From NCBI GenBank assembly GCA_036170335.1, contig JAVHOZ010000065.1, positions 524-35,286 of the forward strand: a stretch of DNA of 34,763 nucleotides. Reading direction: 5' to 3'. Numbering within the stretch: position 1 is the stretch's first letter; every line of letters begins with the position of its first letter. This stretch comes from Candidatus Magasanikiibacteriota bacterium. Its GTDB lineage: Bacteria; Patescibacteriota; Patescibacteriia; Magasanikbacterales; GWA2-37-8. The notes below the pieces were generated by a model. That model searched no databases and was not told where the DNA came from. It was given only the letters and a program-made list of their open reading frames with translations. Below are positions 1 through 7,172 of this stretch, one piece after another. The translations under genes were made by a program, and so were the position numbers.

Positions 1-244
1 GCGTCGACGGCAAGGACGGCAAGAATGGCACCAACGGCACCAACGGGACCGATGGTGTCAACGGCACCAACGGCAAAGACGGTGCAACAGGCGCCAACGG
101 GACCAATGGCAAGGACGGCGCCAACGGTGCGAACGGCACCAACGGCGTCGACGGCAAGGACGGCAAGAATGGCACCAACGGCACCAACGGGACCGATGGC
201 GTCAATGGCACCAACGGCAAAGACGGTGCAACAGGCGCCAACGG
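1..244 (+). repeat. 144-bp tandem duplication (16 Gly triplets, 48 aa) inside the collagen-like region
   Basis: gcgtcgacggcaaggacggcaagaatggcaccaacggcaccaacgggaccgatgg... at 1-100 recurs at 145-244 with only two substitutions seen by eye (ggtgtcaac versus ggcgtcaat). Confidence 0.85.
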
Positions 245-839
245 CGCCAACGGTAAGGACGCGCAGCCCTGCTCTGTCAGCCTCTCGGCGGACGGTTGCA
301 AGGTCAGCATCATCTGCCCGCTTTCGTCCGTCATCTACGCCGTGCCCTGTGGCAGCGCCGATGCTGGCAGTTCCGACACGAGTTCGGCAGATGCTGGAAG
401 CACCGATGCTGCCAGCGCCGACGTCGCCGCCGACATCACCGCTACCGACATCGCAGCCGACACCACAGTGGTGGCGGCGTTCAAGGCTGATCTCAGCTTC
501 ATTTCGCCAGTCGCGGCAGAAATCCACGTGTACTACAACGTGGACCAAGCCGATCCGGCCAAGAGCTCTGAGTCCAGTGGCCTCGCGCCGCTGGCTATCA
601 GTCTGAACATTGTCCAGGCTTGTCTGGGCTTTGACGGTGTCGACATTGCTGTCCGCACTCCGACCGCCCCAATGGTCTGGTGGTGTGGAATCGGCGACGG
701 AACGCCGAGCAAGTCGCAGATTGCGGTGAAGGTCAACGGAGTGTTGGTGGCCCCAACGTTCCAGATCGAACCACAAGCCTGCAGCGGAGGACAGGAGGGC
801 AACCTTCACCTCAGCAAGGCCCAACTCGGCTGTCCGTAA
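3..839 (+). CDS. Collagen-like (Gly-X-Y) repeat protein, C-terminal part; the 5' end lies outside the window
   Basis: Frame 3 is open from the window edge to TAA at 837-839. Positions 3 to about 257 translate as uninterrupted X-Y-Gly triplets (VDGKDGKNGTNGTNGTDGVNGTNGKDGATGANG...). An Asp/Ser/Ala-rich linker follows (SADAGSSDTSSADAGSTDAASADVAADITATD), then a non-repetitive Cys/Trp-containing C-terminal domain. Track ORF 342-839 is only the part after the first in-frame Met. Confidence 0.8.
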   Translation, partial: VDGKDGKNGTNGTNGTDGVNGTNGKDGATGANGTNGKDGANGANGTNGVDGKDGKNGTNGTNGTDGVNGTNGKDGATGANGANGKDAQPCSVSLSADGCKVSIICPLSSVIYAVPCGSADAGSSDTSSADAGSTDAASADVAADITATDIAADTTVVAAFKADLSFISPVAAEIHVYYNVDQADPAKSSESSGLAPLAISLNIVQACLGFDGVDIAVRTPTAPMVWWCGIGDGTPSKSQIAVKVNGVLVAPTFQIEPQACSGGQEGNLHLSKAQLGCP

Positions 840-894
840 AGAAGTATTCCGCTTCACCCGGTTTTCACACCAACCGGTCTAACAAAAAAGTGAA

Positions 895-1130
895 GGTTTT
901 TCGCACCTTGTGTAAAAGCGAACGTTAGAGTGCGTTGATGGAACGCGCCCTACGATAGGCCATTTCGGCCAGCCATGTTCGTCGGCGAGAGATCGCTAGC
1001 GGATCGGTTCACCGGGGCACGCAAGTGCCCCACCATCTTGAATTCATAATCCCGATTGTGAGTTGAAGATGGAAATATAACTATCTCCATGACAAAAAAT
1101 ATCACCCTTCTCTCGGGTGATTTTTTGTTT
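895..1130 (+). repeat. 3' module copy A: shared left arm (about 895-958), 110-nt GC-rich insert (959-1068), shared right arm with hairpin and terminator (1069-1130)
   Basis: 911-958 (tgtaaaagcgaacgttagagtgcgttgatggaacgcgccctacgatag) matches 1930-1977. 1069-1130 (atggaaatataactatctccatgacaaaaaatatcacccttctctcgggtgattttttgtt) matches 1978-2037. The segment 959-1068 is absent from copy B and contains the hairpin ggggcac-gcaa-gtgcccc at 1014-1031. Confidence 0.85.
1101..1128 (+). terminator. Intrinsic terminator after the collagen-like gene
   Basis: Stem atcaccc (1101-1107) pairs with gggtgat (1115-1121). A T-run follows and an A-run precedes. Confidence 0.75.
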
Positions 1131-1157
1131 TGTATGTTTCTCGAACAATACAAGCGA

Positions 1158-1186
1158 TAGACAAAAAACATAATTTATGTTATATT
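1158..1186 (+). promoter_or_regulatory. Putative sigma70-type promoter for the HEPN/NTase pair
   Basis: TAGACA (1158-1163), 17-nt spacer, TATATT (1181-1186), about 22 nt upstream of the ATG at 1209. Confidence 0.45.
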
Positions 1187-1208
1187 TTATCTGACCTATC
1201 AACATATT

Positions 1209-1619
1209 ATGTCAGAAGAGTTAAATATTAATAAAGTAATAAAATATTGGTTGGAAACAGCTAAACATGACTTTGAAACAATGTCCGGTTTGTATAAAAT
1301 AAAACGTTATTCTGATTCTCTTTTTTTCGGTCATATTGTTTTGGAGAAAATTTTAAAAGCTCACGTTGTTGCCACCACAAATGATCACGCTCCTCGTTTG
1401 CACGATTTGGCCAGATTGAGCGTGTTGGCCAAAATTAATTTAACAAAAGAACAACTAATATTTTTAAAACAAGTTAGTGATTTTAATATTGCCACTCGTT
1501 ATCCGGATTTTAAGTTTAATTTTTATAAAAAATGTACACCAAAGTTTACCAAAGAATATTTAGATGAGATCAAAAAGATATATTTTGAATTATGTCAAAA
1601 GTTGAAGCCAAAAAAATAA
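1209..1619 (+). CDS. HEPN domain protein (putative toxin partner of a HEPN/minimal-nucleotidyltransferase module)
   Basis: 136 aa. Pattern A..D......L......S.LFFGHIVLEKILKAHVV....HDLARL....ATRYPD matches the classical HEPN fold signature (helix with EK.LKA, HDL, C-terminal RYP). It overlaps the downstream NTase gene by 28 nt. Confidence 0.8.
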   Translation: MSEELNINKVIKYWLETAKHDFETMSGLYKIKRYSDSLFFGHIVLEKILKAHVVATTNDHAPRLHDLARLSVLAKINLTKEQLIFLKQVSDFNIATRYPDFKFNFYKKCTPKFTKEYLDEIKKIYFELCQKLKPKK

Positions 1620-1903
1620 TCCAGCAGTATATTCAAGTATTAAGAACAAATGGTTTTAAAATCACTTCTGTTTATCTTTTTGGTTCTATGATAAATGGAA
1701 AATCAACCAAGTATAGTGATATTGATGTGGCGGTAGTTACTCAAAAGAAAGGAAACCACAATCAAGATCGTCGACGTTTGTTTTTGGCTGGTCTACAGGT
1801 AGATAATAGGATTGAATCACATTTATTTTCAAAAAAAGATTTCTCGGATATTAACAATCCCTTGGTGTACGAAATTCGTAAAACCGGGATAAAAATACTG
1901 TAA
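1592..1903 (+). CDS. Minimal nucleotidyltransferase (MNT / NTP_transf_2-like), partner of the HEPN protein
   Basis: 103 aa with the pol-beta-type NTase motif LFGSMINGKSTKYSDIDVAVV (G-S ... D-x-D). Translationally coupled to the HEPN gene. Confidence 0.8.
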   Translation: MSKVEAKKIIQQYIQVLRTNGFKITSVYLFGSMINGKSTKYSDIDVAVVTQKKGNHNQDRRRLFLAGLQVDNRIESHLFSKKDFSDINNPLVYEIRKTGIKIL

Positions 1904-1910
1904 TATAATA

Positions 1911-2037
1911 TCACGACCTTGCTTCTTAGTGTAAAAGCGAACGTTAGAGTGCATTGATGGAACGCGCTCTACGATAGATGGAAATATAACTATCTCCATG
2001 ACAAAAAATATCACCCTTCTCTCGGGTGATTTTTTGT
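1911..2037 (+). repeat. 3' module copy B (uninterrupted version of 895-1130), including the terminator
   Basis: accttg...tgtaaaagcgaacgttagagtgcattgatggaacgcgctctacgatag is joined directly to atggaaatataactatctccatgac...atcacccttctctcgggtgattttttgtt. The junction lies between 1977 and 1978. Confidence 0.85.
2010..2037 (+). terminator. Intrinsic terminator after the HEPN/NTase pair
   Basis: Stem atcaccc (2010-2016) pairs with gggtgat (2024-2030), followed by a T-run. Sequence is identical to the terminator at 1101-1128. Confidence 0.75.
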
Positions 2038-2053
2038 TATCCACAGTTTAGCG

Positions 2054-2082
2054 TTGGTTTGTGGGGTAAAAAGGTGTATAAT
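2054..2082 (+). promoter_or_regulatory. Putative promoter for the AbiEi/AbiEii pair
   Basis: TTGGTT (2054-2059), 17-nt spacer, TATAAT (2077-2082). Confidence 0.45.
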
Positions 2083-2125
2083 ATGAAGGTATACGTTTCT
2101 GTTTTTTATTATTTTTAATAATAAA

Positions 2126-2752
2126 ATGAAATATGATGATCTAGAAAATAGCTTATTTAAGCAAAAACCAGTTTTTGATGCCAAAGATATCAAATTGGCT
2201 GGTTTTCGTGTTTTTCCTTATCAATTTAGTTATTGGGTTAAAGATGGAAAAATTAAAAAATTGGCTAATGGTTTTTATGCTTTTGCTAAAGCTGAAATCA
2301 AGACAGAGTATATAGCCAATTTATTACAGCAGCCTTCTTATATTTCATTACAATATGCTTTATATTATTACAATTTAATAGTGGATATTCCGTTTCATAT
2401 CACTTCTGTCACCACCAAAAATACTAGAAAAACAAAAGTTGATGACGCGGTTTATTTTTATCAACATGTTAAGCCATCACTATTCAACGGTTTTGTGATA
2501 GCAGGTAGTCAAGAAAAAATAGCTGGAAATTCATTTATGATTGCCACTCCCGAAAAAGCATTGGTGGATTTGTTTTATTTAAATCCCACACGTTTCAAAG
2601 TTGAAAGTGATTTTTTTGAGGCACGTTTTCATGAAGATGAAATGAAGAAAAAAATTGATTGGCGCGGTGTTTTTAATATAGCCGCTTTGTACAAGAATAA
2701 AAATTTAGAAAAAAGATTACACAATTTTAAAAATTACATTTTTTCCAATTGA
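2126..2752 (+). CDS. AbiEi-like antitoxin / transcriptional regulator (type IV TA, abortive-infection AbiE family)
   Basis: 208 aa. The N-terminal segment (FDAKDIKLAGFRVFPYQFSYWVKDGKIKKLANGFYAF) looks like the AbiEi winged-helix domain. It sits directly upstream of, and is coupled to, an AbiEii-type NTase gene. Confidence 0.7.
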   Translation: MKYDDLENSLFKQKPVFDAKDIKLAGFRVFPYQFSYWVKDGKIKKLANGFYAFAKAEIKTEYIANLLQQPSYISLQYALYYYNLIVDIPFHITSVTTKNTRKTKVDDAVYFYQHVKPSLFNGFVIAGSQEKIAGNSFMIATPEKALVDLFYLNPTRFKVESDFFEARFHEDEMKKKIDWRGVFNIAALYKNKNLEKRLHNFKNYIFSN

Positions 2753-2754
2753 TT

Positions 2755-3537
2755 ATGATGAATTTGGAACAAATTATTTTATTTTCCAAAGAAACCGGGT
2801 TGCCGTCTGGTCGTGATAAACAAGCTTTGGCTGAGTATTTACAGTGTATTATTTTGCAGATAATTGCCAATAGTGACTTTGTTGATAAATTAAGCTTTAT
2901 TGGTGGCACTAGTTTGAGATTTTTTTATGGATTACCTAGGTTTTCTGAAGATTTGGATTTTGATAATTTTGGATTATCTCAGGATAATTTTACCAAATTA
3001 ATAAATGTAGTGAGTAAAAATCTCATCAATCAAGGTTTTGTAGTTGAATGTAGTATCAAGATAAAAGGTGCGTATCATTGTTATGTTCGATTTGATAATT
3101 TATTATTTCAAAATAAACTGTCGTTGCATGCTAACGAAAAAATATTGGTAAAAATTGACACGGTACAACAAGATTTTACTGTTCAAAAAGATCATAAGTT
3201 TTTTAATCGATATGGTATTGTAGAGGAAATGAATATTAATTCACTCGATATTTTGATGGCACAAAAAGTATTGGCTATTTTGGGTAGAAAGACTTCCAAA
3301 GGTAGAGATTTTTTTGATTTTACTTTTTTGGATGGTTTGACCAAACCAAATCTGAATTATTTAGATCACAAGATAGGTATCAAGACTATGTCACAGCTCA
3401 AAGAGCGTTTGTTGCAACGTTGTGCCGAAGTTGATTTTAAAGAAATGGCGCGCGACGTGGAACCGTTTTTATTTAATCACGATGACGTGATCCGGATTAC
3501 CAAATTTCCACAATATATTACGGGGTGGAATGTATAG
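2755..3537 (+). CDS. AbiEii/AbiGii-family nucleotidyltransferase toxin (DUF1814-like)
   Basis: Hallmark motif FIGGTSLRFFYGLPRFSEDLDFD. The track start at 2749 is TTG; the first ATG is at 2755, 3 nt after the AbiEi stop (2750-2752). Confidence 0.8.
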   Translation: MMNLEQIILFSKETGLPSGRDKQALAEYLQCIILQIIANSDFVDKLSFIGGTSLRFFYGLPRFSEDLDFDNFGLSQDNFTKLINVVSKNLINQGFVVECSIKIKGAYHCYVRFDNLLFQNKLSLHANEKILVKIDTVQQDFTVQKDHKFFNRYGIVEEMNINSLDILMAQKVLAILGRKTSKGRDFFDFTFLDGLTKPNLNYLDHKIGIKTMSQLKERLLQRCAEVDFKEMARDVEPFLFNHDDVIRITKFPQYITGWNV

Positions 3538-3554
3538 TTTTGAAAACTAAAAAT

Positions 3555-5003
3555 ATGTTTAAAAAATCCAGACAAGACAATCACCCCAATTTGCTGTTTC
3601 CGCGGTTGTCGCCTTGGGAGCAGGAGTTTACTTTGGGGGCGGGGGCGATTTTGTTGTTTTGGTCGTTGTTGTTGCTTTTGCCGTTGCAGTTGTTTGTGAG
3701 TTTTGGTTTGGTGTTGCTGGGCTTGTTTTTGGTGACCGCTTTTATTTTTAAACTTGAATTACTTTTTTATATTTTAACCACAGTTTCTTTTTTTACCGGT
3801 TGGGAAATTTCTTTTTCCAAATATGAATGGGCGAGAAATATTGTGTATCTATCTTCGGTCAATGCACCACTGGGAGATTTTATCGGAGCGATGTTGTTGG
3901 GGTTGTCGACGCTCGCGATTGTTTTTGGATTTTTGCATCCCGCTTGGAAAGATAAAAAAATATTATTAAAAGTTTCTGGTTGGTATAGTTTGTTTTTGGT
4001 GTGGTCGTTGGTTTGCGCATTGCTGGCAATGGATCATAATTGGATAATCAGTTTAAAATATCTGGTGCGCAATATGTTGTTTGTCTATTTGGCGTTTGTA
4101 ATTTTGCCGGTGATTTTGATAGACAAATTAGACACGATAAAAAATATTTTAAAAATTTGGTTTGGGGTGGGGTTGTTGACGGCACTATTTGGTTTTTCTT
4201 CGCTATACTTTTTTGCGCAGAGCGGTTGGCCGCGGGTGACGCCGTATGGTATCGCTGGGTTTGCTCCGTTGGGATACAATCACAATTTGATCGCGGAGAT
4301 GCTGGTAGTGGTTTTACCGGCCGGTCTGTATTTATTTTTTAAAGCTAAAAACAAGCAACAAAAACGATGGTATTTTTTTGGATTGATTTTTACACTGCTC
4401 GCGGCGTTGTTGACATTGTCGCGCGCGGCGTGGATTACTATTTTTGCGCAATTAGCGGTGTTGGGAGTGGTGTATTTTTCGCAGGTAAAGACTATTTTAA
4501 AGAAAATTAGTCATCTCAATTTTTATTTGTTTTTAGTGGGGTTGATATTGTTTGGATATATGATTTTCTTTTTGACTTCACCGATCGTGCATAGTTCAAA
4601 CAGTTCACGTTTTGCGATGACCGACATTTCATTTTTTATGGCCAACCGTTCACCGCTTCATGGCTATGGTCCGGGGATGTTTATGGAGATACTTGGCAGC
4701 GTGCGCGATTGGACTCAGGAATATGGCGATGCGCTGGATTCACATGGTATTGTGCAGAAGATAATTGTCGAGGACGGCTATGTTGGATTAATTTTTATTT
4801 TATTATTTTTTGTTTATTTATTTAAAAAATTGTGGTTGGTATATCGGATGTCGGATGATAAAGAATTATATATGATATTATTCATGTCAGCGGTAGGGGC
4901 GGTGGTGTTTCAATTTTTCAACACTTCATATTTTGTCAGTGTGATGTGGTTGCCAATTGGTTTGGCCTTGAGCGCCGCGACATTATTGAAAAAAGATTTG
5001 TAA
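3555..5003 (+). CDS. O-antigen ligase / Wzy-like polytopic membrane protein
   Basis: Many predicted TM segments plus the Wzy_C-like motif LLTLSRAAWITIFAQ. The track start at 3525 overlaps the AbiEii stop; the ATG at 3555 (MFKKSRQ) avoids the overlap. Either start is possible. Confidence 0.7.
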   Translation: MFKKSRQDNHPNLLFPRLSPWEQEFTLGAGAILLFWSLLLLLPLQLFVSFGLVLLGLFLVTAFIFKLELLFYILTTVSFFTGWEISFSKYEWARNIVYLSSVNAPLGDFIGAMLLGLSTLAIVFGFLHPAWKDKKILLKVSGWYSLFLVWSLVCALLAMDHNWIISLKYLVRNMLFVYLAFVILPVILIDKLDTIKNILKIWFGVGLLTALFGFSSLYFFAQSGWPRVTPYGIAGFAPLGYNHNLIAEMLVVVLPAGLYLFFKAKNKQQKRWYFFGLIFTLLAALLTLSRAAWITIFAQLAVLGVVYFSQVKTILKKISHLNFYLFLVGLILFGYMIFFLTSPIVHSSNSSRFAMTDISFFMANRSPLHGYGPGMFMEILGSVRDWTQEYGDALDSHGIVQKIIVEDGYVGLIFILLFFVYLFKKLWLVYRMSDDKELYMILFMSAVGAVVFQFFNTSYFVSVMWLPIGLALSAATLLKKDL

Positions 5004-5006
5004 TAT

Positions 5007-6071
5007 ATGCAACATATTGTACAGGTGATACCGGCATTGGGATACGGGGGAGCCGAACGGTTGGTGGTGGATCTTGTTAATCATAGTGATAGCGCGAAAT
5101 ATCGATTTACGGTAATTGTTTTTTTTGATAATTTGCCGCTGAAGTCGTTGATTGAAAAAAAGGCCAATGTTATTTTGATAGAAAAAAAATCCAAATTTGA
5201 TTTTAGTTTTTTAAATAGATTGGAGAAAAAATTAGTGGAGTTGAAACCGGATCTTGTGCATGGACATCTTTTTGCCGGAGATTTTTGGGGACGACTCGCG
5301 GCCCATCGGTTGAGTGTGCCATATTTGAGTACTGAACACAATCTGAATTACGACGACGGTTGGTTGAAAAATTTTGTGAAAAAAATGGTGTCCAGTGAGC
5401 AAGATTATTTTGTGGCTTGTTCTTTGACGGTGTCGGATTATATGCGTACGGTTTATAATATTAAAAATGAAATCAGAGTAATATCCAACGGTATTGAATT
5501 GAATCGTTTTACCAATTTAACACCAATCACTTGGCACAACCCGCTGCGGTTTTTGATGATTGGCCGGTTGACAAAACAAAAAGGTCAGTTGGTAGCTTTG
5601 TCGGCCTTGAAGAAAATTACCAATCATCATTGGCATTTGACAATAGTAGGGTCGGGGATTGAGAAAAATAATTTGCTGGATTTTGTTAGAAAAAATAATT
5701 TACAAGATAGGGTGGAATTTGTGGAACCTTTGGTTCGGGTGGAAAAATATTTTGGTGAAGCGGATGTTTTTTTGATGCCCTCTGTTTGGGAGGGTTTGGG
5801 TGTGGTAGTGATGGAAGCAATGGCTAGTGAGCGAGTGGTGTTGGTGTCCAAAACCGGTGGACTGACGGAGCTGATTCAAGATCAAGAAACCGGTTATTTT
5901 TCAAAACCACAAAATATTTTGGATTGGGAGAAAAAAATAAAATATATTATTGAAAATAAAAACGAAGCACATCGATTGGCCAAAAATGCCAAAATTTATG
6001 CCAAAGAAAATTTTGGTGTTAAAAAAATGATCGAAAAATATGATAAGGTTTATTCTATAATTATACAATGA
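5007..6071 (+). CDS. Glycosyltransferase, GT4 (GT-B fold) family
   Basis: N-terminal GYGGAERLV motif and C-terminal E-x7-E region (PSVWEGLGVVVMEAMASERVVLVSKTGGLTELI). Confidence 0.85.
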   Translation: MQHIVQVIPALGYGGAERLVVDLVNHSDSAKYRFTVIVFFDNLPLKSLIEKKANVILIEKKSKFDFSFLNRLEKKLVELKPDLVHGHLFAGDFWGRLAAHRLSVPYLSTEHNLNYDDGWLKNFVKKMVSSEQDYFVACSLTVSDYMRTVYNIKNEIRVISNGIELNRFTNLTPITWHNPLRFLMIGRLTKQKGQLVALSALKKITNHHWHLTIVGSGIEKNNLLDFVRKNNLQDRVEFVEPLVRVEKYFGEADVFLMPSVWEGLGVVVMEAMASERVVLVSKTGGLTELIQDQETGYFSKPQNILDWEKKIKYIIENKNEAHRLAKNAKIYAKENFGVKKMIEKYDKVYSIIIQ

Positions 6072-6094
6072 TTCCCGTTTTCGCGGGAATGACA
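6070..6094. repeat. Single unit of the GTCATTCCCG...CGGGAATC palindromic repeat family
   Basis: gattcccgttttcgcgggaatgaca, with a 7-bp stem attcccg/cgggaat. It overlaps the last base and stop codon (6070-6071) of the GT4 gene and fills most of the spacer before the radical SAM gene. Confidence 0.85.
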
Positions 6095-6110
6095 ATTATT
6101 GCAAAAAAAT

Positions 6111-7103
6111 ATGAATACAAAAATGCCAATAGACTGTGTCTTGGCACTGACTTACGACTGCAATGCGCGTTGTACGATGTGTGATATTTGGAAAATAAAA
6201 GATTCTCCGGCCTTGTCTTTGACGGATTTGGCCAAATTACCCGATAGTCTTTTGGATGTGAATTTATCCGGTGGGGAACCATTTTTGAGGAAAGATTTAC
6301 CGGAAATTGTGGCGGTGATAAAAAAGGCTTGTCCAAAAGCGCGCTTGGTAATTTCTTCCAACGGATTTTTGACGCTGGTAATAAAAAAAGCGATGACGGA
6401 AATTTTGAAAATCGCACCCGACATTGGAGTGGCTTTTTCGATTGATGGTATCGGACAGATGCACAATGAGATGCGTGGCATACCGGGTGGTTTTGACAGG
6501 GTGATGGATTCGCTCAAACTGCTCAAAAGTATGGGCATGACCAATCTGCGTTTGGCTTTCACGATTACCGAATACAATGTGAATCATTTTGCCAAAGTTT
6601 ATGATTTGGCGCAGGAGCTGGGTGTGCAATTTACTCATAGTTTTGCTCAAAGCAGTGAATTTTATTTTGGTGGTAAAAAAAATATAAACAACCCGCGTAA
6701 AGATTTGCTGGAAGTGGCATACAAATATATTATCAATAGTGAACTGAAAAGTTGGAATGTGAAACGCTGGCTACGTGCTTATTTTGCCAATGGTATGTTT
6801 CGATTTATTACCAGTAAAAATCCGGTGTTGGACAATGCTCCGGGACGTGATTTTTTCTTCATCGATCCTAGTGGCGATATTTATCCATCGGTGATGCACA
6901 ATGTGATACTCGGAAATATTTCTCAAGTTGATGATTTTGCAAAATTTTGGCAAAGTGCAGAGGTGGAGGAAAAACGCAAAAAAGTAGATGAGTTGAAAAT
7001 GCCGGTTTGGATGATCTGCACTGCGCGTACAGCCATAAAAAGTCATCCGCTCGCAGTCGGTTGGTGGATTTTGAAAAATAAAATATTTGGATATAAATCG
7101 TAA
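6111..7103 (+). CDS. Radical SAM enzyme
   Basis: CX3CX2C cluster motif in LALTYDCNARCTMCDIWK and a downstream GGEPFL SAM-binding motif. The track start at 6099 is TTG; the first ATG is at 6111. Confidence 0.8.
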   Translation: MNTKMPIDCVLALTYDCNARCTMCDIWKIKDSPALSLTDLAKLPDSLLDVNLSGGEPFLRKDLPEIVAVIKKACPKARLVISSNGFLTLVIKKAMTEILKIAPDIGVAFSIDGIGQMHNEMRGIPGGFDRVMDSLKLLKSMGMTNLRLAFTITEYNVNHFAKVYDLAQELGVQFTHSFAQSSEFYFGGKKNINNPRKDLLEVAYKYIINSELKSWNVKRWLRAYFANGMFRFITSKNPVLDNAPGRDFFFIDPSGDIYPSVMHNVILGNISQVDDFAKFWQSAEVEEKRKKVDELKMPVWMICTARTAIKSHPLAVGWWILKNKIFGYKS

Positions 7104-7104
7104 C

Positions 7105-7166
7105 TGTCATTCCCGTGTAAACGGGAATCCAGAATTAATTAGATTCCCGTTTACACGGGAGTGACA
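7105..7166. repeat. Inverted pair of GTCATTCCCG...CGGGAATC units
   Basis: tgtcattcccgtgtaaacgggaatc (7105-7129), 12-nt spacer, gattcccgtttacacgggagtgaca (7142-7166). It fills the gap between the radical SAM stop and the GT4 start. Confidence 0.85.
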
Positions 7167-7172
7167 AAAAAT

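Noticed and set aside
25-606. Track ORF (193 aa, MAPTAPTGPM...) across the collagen repeat, plus ORFs 296-490 and 533-802
   Set aside because: These are alternative-frame or antisense readings of GC-rich repetitive DNA. The Gly-every-third-residue frame (frame 3) is open from the window edge to 839 and continues into a sensible non-repetitive domain, so it is preferred.
5901-6095. ORFs beginning or containing SFPRKRES / IPAFAGMT (5901-6095, 6061-6417, 12745-12951)
   Set aside because: The conserved-looking peptides are just translations of the GTCATTCCCG...CGGGAATC repeat. The ORFs lie antisense to, or overlap, well-supported genes.
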